Made by a program: the position numbers and the translations under genes. This document shows, piece after piece, positions 12,701-24,499 of a stretch of 64,000 nucleotides of DNA. A model generated the notes under the pieces. That model saw only the letters and a program-made list of their open reading frames with translations. It searched no databases and was not told the origin of the DNA. Source of the DNA: Callorhinchus milii (taxonomy: Eukaryota); contig NW_024704743.1 in assembly GCF_018977255.1 (NCBI RefSeq), forward strand, positions 68,326,001 to 68,390,000, read 5' to 3'. How positions within the stretch are numbered: position 1 is the first letter of the stretch; each line of letters starts with the position of its first letter.

Positions 12701-14290
12701 TTAATTTTAACATTGTAAGGAGGTAAACTCATTAAAACTACTCCACATTCTATGTCCAGAGGACACCAGAGATTAATAATAAACTCATCTTACTGTGCAG
12801 GCATTCAGACAATTTTATTAAAAAAAGGCTATTTAAGAATTCTCAGAAGAAAACAATAACTGATTTTGCTATTCAAAAATAGTAAAATACAAAATTGAGT
12901 TTTCCATTCAACTCTCTATGGAGAATTAGCTCCTCACAAGGGAATTCTTGGAACAAAATATGAATGGCTCCCTAATTTGTACCTCGATTATTAGTTTCAA
13001 ATAGATAAGGCATTGGCCTGATTCTTTGCCTTACATAAAGCAAGACATGTTCACAAAGCAAGAGATAAACAGCTGAATCAATTACATGAAATGATTACAT
13101 CATCGGAGATCTTCCAAACTAATTGGACTTGCTTAAGTTTGAAGTTAATACTCTTTTGTCTAAAATTAGTGAAAACTTCAGCATAATTTGGTAGGTCCCA
13201 AAAGGATGATCAGTCGGTGGTTCTTCAAATTTGTTTTTTCGCTTTTAAATGAGATTGATAGTCAATAACCTGCGATAAACTTGAAGGTTAGAGCTTTAAT
13301 GCTTTTGTCAAAGCAAAATCATTCTTTCTGGTTGACAAATTACTCATGCTACATTTTAGCTAACATCCAAAACATCTCATCAAAATCCAATTTTTCTTCG
13401 CTCACATTAACTGTGCAGCTAACTAAGCACAAGTCAATTACAAAGTAATTTAAGTTTACTTTATTACATTGCACTAAACCAATTCAGCCATTATAAAACC
13501 ATGTATCAGTGCTCCTGGAATACAGCTTTCTGGTAAGTGTCACAGATATAATGTAGTAATTATGGTGGACATTTTCAAAAAGAAAACAGATGAGATTACT
13601 GTAACTATATTTAGATTTTTCAAAATGGACACGAGTGTTGATTTCAAGGTAATATCATCTCGAAATTCAGACTTTATGAATAACATTGTATAGTCATCCT
13701 CAACAAAATACTCAATACAAACAGTATAATAAATACAAATTTAGATTTATATAGTGCCTTCCCGCCAGGAGGACATCTCAAAGCAGCTAACAGCTAGGCA
13801 CCCAAATTGGGTGTGGGAGCCAGGGGGGATGACGAGAGGAAAGATGACCAGAATCACAGTCAAAGAGGTAGGTTTTGAGATAGATCTTGAACTAGGTGAA
13901 CTAGGAGGGAGCGAGTCAGCGGGACATTTGGAAGGAGTTCCAGAAAGTTTCTTGAAGGGACATCAGCAGTTTCTCATGCTTAGGATGCAGAAAGCACGAA
14001 AGTGACAACCCAAAAGTCGAATCATCTTTTCATGCTTTGTTTTAATGCGGGAGTCAAAGATGAATCAAGAGGACCACTTTATATCAGAATTGCCCTGTAC
14101 AGTACTTTTCATGTAAAACAATATCTCAAACACTAAAATATAGTGGTAGACACCAAGCAGGTAATTAAGAAAAAGATTTTGTCAAAAGATACAGTCAAAG
14201 AGATAGGATTTGAAGGCTATTTCTGAAACCTAGAAGAAAAGTAAAAAGGCAAAAGTTTTAGAGACTACCAAATAGGGGCAATAATGGCTA

Positions 14291-14656
<366 letters not shown>

Positions 14657-15199
14657 TTAAATATTGATTTACGTTGATTCCCAGAAATCCCATGAACAAA
14701 TATAACTTATGACAAGTTATACCCCTCAACAGTTAATTCATGCAGCAGTATTTCATTTGAAGTTCCAATTAATGCAGCGAAGAAAGGTTGTAAAATGGTT
14801 GATCCTGTACCTAAGTCACAAACCTGGCCAATTGACTATTTTTGTCAATCTGCGCATAAAAAATGGATGTGTTCTCTTTTCCTCCATCCACAAGAGCACA
14901 ATGTGGAGTGTACACACTGAAGGGCAACAAAGCTGTGTATCTTACAATGACATAAACTTCCTTTATGACAACTCACAGGAAAATAGAAGAGCATTAATGT
15001 TGCAATGTAGGATTAAAAATGATGAGCGAATGTACGAAAAATCCTTCATAACTGAAGAAAAAGCACACCTACAGAGAGGAAGCACACTGCATAACGTTTT
15101 GTTTTTTTCTCCTTCGTGCAGTAGAAACAAGAAGTCATTCAACTCTGTACTCCAGTTTTTTAAACAGATAATAGTATTTTAATCCCATTTCCCTATATA

Positions 15200-15545
15200 T
15201 TGACATAGAAACAGGAGTAGGCTATTCAGCCCCTCGAGCATGTTCCGCCATTCTATAAAGATCATGGCTGATCTGTACCTCAAGTCCAGTTACTCGCCCT
15301 CACCCCTTATCCCTGAGCTAACAAATATCTATCTACACCCATCTTGAAAATGTGAATGGATCCAGCATCCCGTTTTTGGGGGAGAGACATCCAGATTTCT
15401 ACCTCCGTTTGGGTGAAAAACGGCTTCCTAGTTTCACTCCTAAAAGGCCTAATTTTAAGATTATTCCCACTAGTTCTGGATTCCACTACCAGAAGAAATA
15501 GTTTATCTGTATCTATCCTATCAAATGCCCTCATTATTTTAAAGC
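15200..15545 (-). mobile_element. CR1 3' fragment in SEC61G intron 1
   Basis: ORF 15307-15534 ...FFTQTEVEIW.SLPQK...; shark-type tail ggctattcagcccctcgagc...gatcatggctgatct. Confidence 0.85.
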
Positions 15546-15675
15546 GTCCTTACTTTTAAAGAACTAACTATCCATCCATCCATTAAAATCCTGATTGATT
15601 CTACCTCTACAGCAGCCTAGGGTGGCTTATCTCACATTTTGCAACCCTGTCTGAATAAATATTTTCTGATTTCTA

Positions 15676-16364
15676 TTAACCCTGCGTGCCAAAGCCCTCA
15701 TGGGTAGGATGGTCCAAGCCTGGTAACTAATGAAAACGCTTGCCAGAAAGCGAGATCAATGGTAAGCTATGTGGTTTTAGCTGGTTAGACTCCAGCAGTT
15801 ACCCCAACGCATGGGGTCTCCAAGCCTTGGCTCTTGCCAACCTGTGCCTAACACGTTCCAGGATTAGATAAGGAGGATGCGTCCCTCCAGGGAGAGAAAG
15901 AGTGCATTTCGTTACAATAATCTATCTCTGGGATTTCCATGTGTATTTGGGATGCATGGAATTCTGAATTTGGTTTGGATATACTTTCGGAGTCCTGTAG
16001 CTCAGTGGTTAGAGCACTCGCTTTGCAAGTGAGAGACCTGAGTTCAATTCCAGGAAGAGGGCGAAACCTTGGGCAAGTTTCCTTACTCCACACAGAGCCT
16101 AATAATAGTCCCTCCAAAACAAAACAATAATAAATTGGTCATTTTCAATCTACGACTGTTTGTGGGACATTGCTGTGCGCAATTGGCTGCAGCGTTCGCC
16201 CACAAATATACAGTCAATTCACTTTACAGTGTGTTCTGTGAAGCGCTTTGGGACGTCCTCCCGACGTGAAAAGCGCTATATCAAATGCAAGGATTATTAT
16301 TATTATTATTATTATTATTAAGCATGGAGATGGGTTTCCTCATGTGTCAGATACCCGGCTGCCC
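15676..16364. mobile_element. Unclassified hairpin-rich dispersed repeat, copy A (split by SINE at 15989-16320)
   Basis: Alignable by eye to 42535-42880, 51796-52125 and 56795-57027; begins TTAA-CCCTGC. Confidence 0.8.
15989..16320 (+). mobile_element. tRNA-Ala-headed SINE, short variant, full length
   Basis: A box tagctcagtgg, B box gagttcaattc, TGC anticodon loop, Deu-like body, L2-like tail, (ATT)n; near-identical to 31179-31518 and 57715-58030. Confidence 0.92.
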
Positions 16365-16391
16365 CACCGAAGAGTTTTCTATCCTTTCTGT

Positions 16392-16788
16392 CCCTCCTCA
16401 GCCCGGGCCCCTCCCCTCGCCCCGGGCCCCCTCCCCTCAGCCCGGGCCCCCTCCCCTCGCCCTGGGGCCCCCTCCCCTCAGCCCGGGCCCCCTCCCCTCA
16501 GCCCGGGCCCCCTCCCCTCAGCCCGGGCCCCCTCCCCTCAGCCCTGGCCCCTCCCCTCGCCCCGGCCCCCTCCCCTCGCCCCGGGGCCCCTCCCCTCAGC
16601 CCTGGCCCCTCCCCTCGCCCCGGGCCCCCTCCCCTCGCCCCGGCCCCCTCCCTCGCCCCGGGGCCCCCTCCCCTCGCCCCGGGCCCCCTCCCCTCGCCCC
16701 GGGCCCCCTCCCCTCAGCCCGGGCCCCCTCCCCTCAGCCCGGGCCCCCTCCCCTCAGCCCGGGCCCCCTCCCCTCAGCCCTGGGGCCT
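16392..16788. repeat. GC-rich minisatellite, ~20-21 bp unit (CCCCTCCCCTC(A)GCCCGGGC)
   Basis: About 19 tandem units, C-rich on + strand, in SEC61G intron 1. Confidence 0.95.
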
Positions 16789-17042
16789 TGACTTGCGCGA
16801 TCACATGAAACCCACGGACCAACCCCTCCACAGATACACAGGAGCGACAATACAATAACATAACAACACTATAACAGAATAATAATCCTTGAATTTCAGT
16901 CCTGTGGGGAGTCTCAAAGGGCTTTTGACAGCAAACAGTGTGTGGTGTGGAGTGAAGTGACTGTGTGTTTGTGGCCGTTGGCGGCAGAGACTGTGAAGGC
17001 CGAGTTACAAACCGCGCCATCATCCCCGGTGCTGCTGCCGCT

Positions 17043-17447
17043 GGGCCCCGCTGCCCCCCGGCCCGGGCCCGGCCCCCGCTGCCCCCCGGCCCGGCCCGGG
17101 CCCGGCCCCCGCTGCCCCCCGGCCCGGGCTCGGCCCCCGGCCCCCGCTGCCCCCCGGCCCGGGCTCGGCCCCCGCTGCCCCCCGGCCCCCGCTGCCCCCC
17201 GCTGCCCCCCGGCCCGGCCCCCGCTGCCCCCCGCTGCCCCCCGGCCCGGCCCGGGCCCGGCCCCCGCTGCCCCCCGGCCCCCGCTGCCCCCCGGCCCCCG
17301 CTGCCCCCCGGCCCGGGCCCGGCCCCCGCTGCCCCCCGGCCCCCGCTGCCCCCCGGCCCCCGCTGCCCCCCGCTGCCCCCCGGCCCCCGCTGCCCCCCGG
17401 CCCCCGCTGCCCCCCGGCCCCCGCTGCCCCCCGGCCCGGGCCCCGCT
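17043..17447. repeat. GC-rich minisatellite, ~17 bp core (CCCCCGCTGCCCCCCGG) with GGCCCG inserts
   Basis: Tandem array almost free of A on the + strand, ending about 10 bp from the exon 1 donor. Confidence 0.95.
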
Positions 17448-17458
17448 GTGGACATTAC

Positions 17459-17530
17459 CTGTGTGCGAGAGTCTCGGGTCTCGGGGAAGATGTCGGCGCC
17501 GCTGACGTTGCACAGAACAGAAGGAAGGGC
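17459..17530 (-). other. SEC61G: SEC61G non-coding exon 1 (start approximate)
   Basis: Donor CAG|gtaatg at 17459/17458 inside the CpG island, directly downstream of a promoter motif cluster; pyrimidine run cccttccttctg near 17518-17529 is a plausible start site. Confidence 0.7.
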
Positions 17531-17735
17531 GAGTGCGCATGCGCGTCTCGCGCAAACATCGTCATCCGGAAATGTCGTCATCCACCCCCCACCCCCAGCT
17601 GGCATTCGGGTGACTGACTTCCGGTCGGGGGGGTGGAGGCAGGCACGTGACCAGCCTGGTCGCCGCCGTGTGGGCGGGTTTGGGCGGGGTTTGGGCGGCT
17701 TCGAGCACAAATTGGGCGGGTTTTCTTGGCGCTGA
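17531..17735 (-). promoter_or_regulatory. SEC61G: SEC61G CpG-island housekeeping promoter
   Basis: NRF1-type TGCGCATGCGC 17534-17544; ETS CCGGAA 17566-17571 and ACTTCCGGT 17617-17625; E-box CACGTGAC 17644-17651; four GGGCGG boxes between 17672 and 17720; CpG-rich against a CpG-poor background. Confidence 0.8.
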
Positions 17736-17965
17736 ATGAGAAAACGGCTTTGGGCTTAATTTTTTAAATGCAAATTTTTTTCTTTGAAGACATTTTCTCA
17801 CACAGTTTCCAAAGCACTGACCTAAATTAGCCACTCATAGGCGGCGACAAGTAATATGGGGCTACTTTTTGGAAAGTGTTTGGTGGACTTTGTCTACAAA
17901 CGTGTGTTAATATCAGACAAACACTAAACACCGGATCTGAGCTTCCCTGAAGATCAGAGCTGGAG

Positions 17966-20251
17966 CCCGGGCTAGTCTAGCCTGGTCTGGGCTAGTCTGG
18001 TCTAGCCATCTAGCCTGGGCTAGTCTAGCCTGGTCTGGTCTAGTCTGGTCTCGCCGTCTAGCCTGGGCTAGTCTAGCCTGGTCTGGTCTAGTCTGGTCTA
18101 GCCATCTAGCCTGGGCTAGTCTAGCCTGGTCTGGGCTAGTCTGGTCTTACTGTCTGGCCTGGGCTAGTATAGCCTGGTCTGGGCTAGTCTGGTCTAGCCA
18201 TCTAGCCTGGGCTAGTCTAGCCTGGTCTGGTCTAGTCTGGTCTAGCCATCTAGCCTGGGCTAGTCTAGCCTGGTCTGGTCTAGTCTGGTCTCGCCGTCTA
18301 GCCTGGGCTAGTCTAGCCTGGTCTGGTCTAGTCTGATCTAGCCATCTAGCCTGGGCTAGTCTAGCCTGGTCTGGGCTAGTCTGGTCTTACTGTCTGGCCT
18401 GGGCTAGTCTAGCCTGGTCTGGGCTAGTCTGGTCTCACTGTCTGGCCTGGGCTAGTCTAACCTGGTCTGAGCTAGTCTTGTCTCGCTGTCCAGCCTGGTC
18501 TGGGCTAGTCTGGTCTAGCCGTCTGGCCTGGGCTAGTCTAGCCTGGTCTGGGCTAGTCTGGTCTCGCCATCTAGCCTGGGCTAGTCTAGCCTGGTCTGGG
18601 CTAGTCTGGTCTAGCCATCTAGCCTGGGCTAGTCTAGCCTGGTCTGGGCTAGTCTGGTCTAGCCATCTAGCCTGGGCTAGTCTAGCCTGGTCTGGGCTAG
18701 TCTGGTCTTACTGTCTGGCCTGGGCTCGTCTAGCCTGGTCTGGGCTAGTCTGGTCTCGCCATCTAGCCTGGGCTAGTCTAGCCTGGTCTGGGCTAGTCTG
18801 GTCTCACCGTCTAGCCTGGGCTAGTCTAGCCTGGTCTGGGCTAGTCTGGTTTCGCCGCTAGCCTGGGCTAGTCTAGCCTGGTCTGGGCTAGTCTGGTCTC
18901 GCTGTCTAGCTTGGGCTAGTCTAACCTGGTCTGAGCAAGTCTGGTCTCGCCGTCTAGCCTAGCTAGTCTATCCTGCTCTGGGCTAGTCTGGTCTCGCCAT
19001 CTAGCCTGGGCTAGTCTAACCTGGTCTGGGCTAGTCTGGTCTCGCCATCTATCCTGGGCTAGTCTATCCTGGTCTGGGCTAGTCTGGTATCCTGTCTAGC
19101 CTGGACTAGTCTATCCTGGTCTGGTCTAGTCTGTTCTATCCATCTATCCTGGTCTGGGCTAGTCTGGTATCCTGTCTGGCCTCGGCTAGTCCATCCTGAT
19201 CTTGGCTAGTCTGGTCTCGCCGTCTAGCCTGGGCTAGTCTATCCTGGTCTGGGCTAGTCTGGTCTCGCCGTCTAGCTTGGTCTAGTCTAACCTGGTCTGA
19301 GCGAGTCTGGTATTGCTGTCTAGCCTGGGCTAGTCTATCCTGGTCTGGGCTAGTCTGGTCTAGCCATCTAGCCTGGGCTAGTCTATCCTGGTCTGAGCTA
19401 GTCTGGTCTCGCCGTCTAGCTTGGTCTAGTCTAACCTGGTCTGAGCTAGTCTTGTCTCGCTGTCTAGCCTGGGCTAGTCTAGCCTGGTCTGTGCTAGTCT
19501 ATTCTCACCATCTAGCCTGGGCTAGTCTAGCCTGGTCTGAGCTAGTCTGGTCTCACCGTCTAGCCTGGGCTAGTCTAGCCTGGTCTGTGCTAGTCTGGTT
19601 TCGCCGCTAGCCTGGGCTAGTCTAGCCTGGTCTGGGCTAGTCTGGTCTCGCCATCTAGCCTGGGCTAGTCTAGCCTGGTCTGGGCTAGTCTGGTCTCACT
19701 GTCTGGCCTGGGCTAGTCTATCCTGGTCTGGGCTAGTCTGGTCTAGCCATCTAGCCTGGGCTAGTCTAGCCTGCTCTGGGCTAGTCTGGTCTCACCGTCT
19801 AGCCTGGGCTAGTCTAGCCTGGTCTGGGCTAGTCTGGTCTCGCCATCTAGCCTGGGCTAGTCTAGCCAGGTCTGAGCTAGTCTGGTCTCGCTGTCTAGCT
19901 GGGCTTGTCTATCCTGATTTGGGCTAGTCTCGTCTCGCCGTCTAGCCTGGGCTAGTCTAACCTGGTCTGAGCTAGTCTGGTCTGGGCTAGTATAGCCTGC
20001 TCTGGGCAAGTCTGGTCTCGCGGTCTAGCCTGGCTAGTCTAGCCTGGTCTGGGCTAGTCTGGTCTCGCCGTCTAGCCTGGGCTAGTCTAGCATGGTCTGG
20101 GCTAGTCTGTTCTCGCCGTCTAGCATGGGATAGTCTAGCCTGGTCTGGGCTAGTCTCGTCTCGCCATCTAGCCTGGGCTAGTCTAACCTTTTCTGGGCTA
20201 GTCTGGTCTCGCCGTCTAGCCTGGGCTTGTCTAGCCTGGCCTGGGCTAGTC
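17966..20251. repeat. 48-bp tandem satellite built from CT(A/G)GN pentamers, about 47 units
   Basis: Unit ctagc ctggg ctagt ctagc ctggt ctggg ctagt ctggt ctcgc cat; the 16-aa periodicity of ORF 18478-18861 confirms the 48-nt period. Confidence 0.97.
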
Positions 20252-20594
20252 CACTCCACATGAGTCTCCACCCCCTCCTTATTCCCTCCCATTGCCTTCT
20301 CCCCAATGTATATCTAACTTCCTCTTAAATGCATCTACACTGTCTACTTCAACCATCACTTCAGACATTGAGTGTTGTGTTCATAATAATAAATAATAAT
20401 CATACATTAATAGTCTCATGTATTCTGCTCGTTCCATGTGTTATAGTCTTACATTAACTGTCTCATTTCACACATTGAGATAATTCCCCCATTTTATTCT
20501 TGCATTAACTATGTCACAAACTTCAACTTCTGTTTTCGTTGTTCGTCATATAAGATATATGTAGAAGTACAAATAGATAATGTTTACAGTGATA

Positions 20595-20945
20595 TCATAA
20601 TAATTCTTGCATTTGATATAGGACCTTATCATGTTGTTGAGACCTGTCAAAGCATGTCACAGGATTCTTTTTGTGAAGTGCAGTGACTGTGTATTTGTAG
20701 GAACACAGTAGCCAATTTGAGCAAAGCAATGACCCACAACCAGTCAGGAAATCACCAAATTTATCTGGAGGATTGTTGCCCAGAACTGGGAGAAACTTCC
20801 TTCTCTTTTTAAATAGTGCCATGAAATCCTCAAACCCAGTTGAGGATTCAGACCAGAGCAGACTAGACTCCTGGATAGTTATTTGAGACATTGACGCCAG
20901 TTTAAGGTCTCATCTGAAGAATGGCACCTCCAACAATTGAGCACA
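20595..20945 (-). mobile_element. Old DeuSINE-type SINE
   Basis: Reverse complement shows cagatgagaccttaaactg...catggcactattt...ttgctttgctcaaattggctac and the tail. Confidence 0.75.
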
Positions 20946-22956
20946 GCAATGTCCGAAAACAGCTATGGAGCGATCATTACTATCCACACAGGCAGCATAG
21001 ATTGAAATTTGCAGGATCAATATCAACATTGCAGTAAAACATTCTTAGATAAACACAAAAAAAGGACAGAAAAGTTGTAGGTGCCAGACTTACAAACCAA
21101 CGTGTTGATGAATATACCTTTTCTTAAAAACAGCTTTTTTTTTAGAGACTAATCCAAGAGAACAGCCTTGTAAAAGCAACACTTCATAACCTCCTAAAAC
21201 TATTCAAGTTCAATTTACATTAAAAAATGTACAGACTTCATAGGCTTTGAAGGAACATCAAAGGGCCAGTCACCTGGGCATCTCTCATACAGTTCCTAGT
21301 AGCCATTAGAGTGCTGCCGACCAAAGCACAAGGAACTTTAAAGCACTCTTTACTTTGCAAACTGTTCGAGATGCATGAGTTGTGCAAATGATCATTTTCA
21401 TGCAATGTTATTCTACTTCTTCTGAGCTCCCCAGTCCCACTTGGTTGCTGAATGTTGATGTTAATTTTCAGAAGCAGTAACGTTTGGCCCATCTGTTCTC
21501 ATCCACCCCTTGGCATTTTCCATCTCATGCTGTATCTCCTTCTGTTCCTAGTGGTGTTGCAGTATTCATCTGGGCTTCAATTGAAGCCTCTGGGAAACCC
21601 AGTGTTTTCTCCAACTATTGTAGATTCCAGGATTTTCTTCTAACTTTGTAATTGTATTTTTGTTCTACTTGTAAGAGGCCATGCAATGTTTGATAGTCAG
21701 ATGCAAGTTTGTCCTTTCAAGGCAGATGTTTGAAGTATTGTAACAATTATGGATAATTCCAGCACACTCTCTGACAATTATATCATACTAGGTTGATCTC
21801 ACCCTTCCCTGCAGAACCTGGAGATGGGTATAGTTCTACAATATGTGGAATTTAACTTTCTTTATACTGATTGACAAAGAAACACTTCACTACAGCATTC
21901 AATCCATCGCAACAAACCATCTCTGGGAATATTCCATTTGAAATCACTGAAATAATAAATGTTTTCTGACCTCCAGGATAGTTATTTGAGTTCCAGAAAT
22001 AATGTTGAAAGTATTTGAAACAGAAGTGCCAAATTAGGCTCTAAAAACCTTTCGGCATCATATCTGCAACAGTGATTGCCAAAGTTAAAGTACTTTGGAA
22101 AACACCTTTAATTAATGATAAATGTAACATAACGTCATGGTTGCCAGTGAGAAAATCAACATAGTGTTAGCTTTCCTTGTTGGCAGGTGGATGGATGTTA
22201 TGTATGTAATTTGAAATCCTAATTTCCTGACATATTTTGAAGTTTAGTACCTCTTTGAGATGAAATCAACAAGGAGGACAAATAAGAATCCTGAAAAGAT
22301 AGAACTGAAGAAGACATGATTCTGTTTAACTTTCAACATTGCAGTTTAGAACATATGGGTGAAAATCGGGTTGTGTGCTGATAATTAACATTGAAATAAG
22401 CTCTCTAGTAATAACTAACTGATTCTGCTTGTGCTGGAGGTGAAACCTCCATATCCCACTACCTGACACCCTTCTTTCTCAAAGGTTATAATAATACCTG
22501 CAATTGATACAACACCCAGAATGTCAAAAAGCTACATTGAATTGCTTTAAAATAATTGGCTTAGTTCAAACTAGTGCTGCAGAGATTATTTACGACACTG
22601 TACTGTGTAGGCAAATTGTGGTTTGTGTATTTGCAGGCAAATGTGACAGCTAATTTTCACTCAGCAATTTGTCAAACAGCCATAACCAATTTGATCGGAA
22701 GAATTGTTGGCCAAGATGCCTTTTTTTGAGTTTAATAGGATCCTTAAAATTAATTTTGACAGATGGACAGAACCTTGACTTAACAACTCGTTGTTACTCC
22801 AACAATACACTGCACTGGAGTGCTAACCTACTAACTGAGCCAAGCTTGCAGTTAGTTATGCTGAGAAGCCAGCTGTGCCATTCATTTGGCTTCCAGCTCA
22901 CACATTGTGACATTAGATTGCTGGTTAGCAGGATACTGACATAACTGACTTTTGGC

Positions 22957-23050
22957 AAAATACTGCAGAAGTCACTGGGAACACGCAGTAGGTCAGGCAG
23001 CATCTATGGAGAGAGGAAAATTAGTTAACGTTTCAGGTCTGTGACCTTTC
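22957..23050 (-). mobile_element. Penelope-like element terminal-repeat remnant with partial hammerhead ribozyme
   Basis: ggtcaggcagcatctatggagagag...gttaacgtttcaggtctgtgacctttc resembles a recalled common shark repeat; the minus strand retains stem II AGGTC-ACA-GACCT followed by GAAAC. Confidence 0.6.
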
Positions 23051-24499
23051 TGATGCAAATGCAATTGTTTGAGGTGCTGTTAAAGAAATCTCATCTGCCT
23101 GTTCTTCCGGTAGACTTTGAAGATCCCATATTTGAAAAGAAAAGGGAGTTTCTCCAAGTTTCCTGGCCAACAATCCTCCAAATTAATGAATCATTCACCC
23201 CCTCATGGCTGTTTGTGGAACCTTACTGTGTCGGAATGATTGCTGTTACTTTAAAAATAGAGTCCAAATATCCATATGTATGGTGATTTTAGGAGTGTAT
23301 GTGCACACGCCTTTTTTGACTGTACCAAAATTGGATCTGTGGAGTAAACTTGAATGTACCTCAACATCTGCTGACTGATCCAAATCCTGTGCTTGGGAAT
23401 GGCTCCTATCCACAAAGATGTCACTTTATTTTGACCGATCCTGCAACTAGAAGAACTTTCAGAAAGCCGATTGTGGTTAGAACAGTTTTGTTCTCCTCTA
23501 TCAGCCACAAGTCATCAACTACTGCATCAAAGGGAGATAAGATAAAAGTGTCCTTAAGATATGATTTGCAATCAGTTAGGTACTGATTTTATTGGAAATG
23601 TAATATCTGGTATGTGTTCCTTACTAAGTCTCAACCTAAGGGATTTATCAAGAGAGTAAGAAGGAGTTTGAATAAATTTTTTGAGACTTTTTGAGAGTTT
23701 TGAGAATATGTTGAGGCAATCAACAATGCTCCGGAAGTGGCATTTCACTGCTTAGCCAGGCATCCCTGAATAACAGGGAACAGTGAACACAAGAGAAGGA
23801 GCGCTGACTGAAACAAAACCATTGTGAAGGCATATTAATGACAAGCCTGAGGAGAACTAATGAATGACAAACCTTATCACCATTGAGTGGGATGTAAACA
23901 AGTCTATTTCTGGAATCCTCAACAGGGACAGACTATGAAACAACAGGAGGTGTGATAAGTTTCAAGAAATAATATGTCATTGAGTGTTAATTTCTAAATC
24001 AGAGTATCAGGTAATACCACTTTCCAAATTCAATTCAGGAAATTCAATTATTGTTAAAGTAAGCTAACACTGAATTATTATTAGATAGAATCTGAAGGTT
24101 AGTTCCTTTGGGAAGAAAACAGTGGAGAGGAAGAAACTGTTTTGAGCTCTAAACAGAGGACTAAATTCCCAGAACGTCCTAAATCAAGCCATTCCCATTT
24201 TCATTTGGGAGATCTATTTTAAAATCAATGCTAAATGATGAATGATACCATGAGTTAGGACATAGTGAGGAAAAAATATCAGATATTTCATTTCCAATAT
24301 AATCAGTCACTAACTCAATGATGAGTGGATATCATTCCTCCAGAGAGTTTCTCCAGAGAGAAGAGTAAATTCAAGTTAAAATTGTATTTTGCATTTGGAG
24401 TTACACCAATAACTTGCTTGGAGCAATTTGCACCAATAACAAATCTTGCAGCACTTCACAAAGATGGCGTTGGATACCAAGCGGGGAAAGGAGATGAAC

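Noticed and set aside
16248..17735. Long Pro/Gly/Ala-rich ORFs on both strands (168-318 aa)
   Set aside because: They are translations of GC-rich minisatellites that lack stop codons in any frame and lie in SEC61G intron 1 and promoter.
17966..20292. Repetitive ORFs 18478-18861 and 19987-20292, and a CRISPR-like appearance of the array
   Set aside because: The 48-bp period is a multiple of 3, so open frames arise by chance. There are no unique spacers or cas genes, and the context is eukaryotic.
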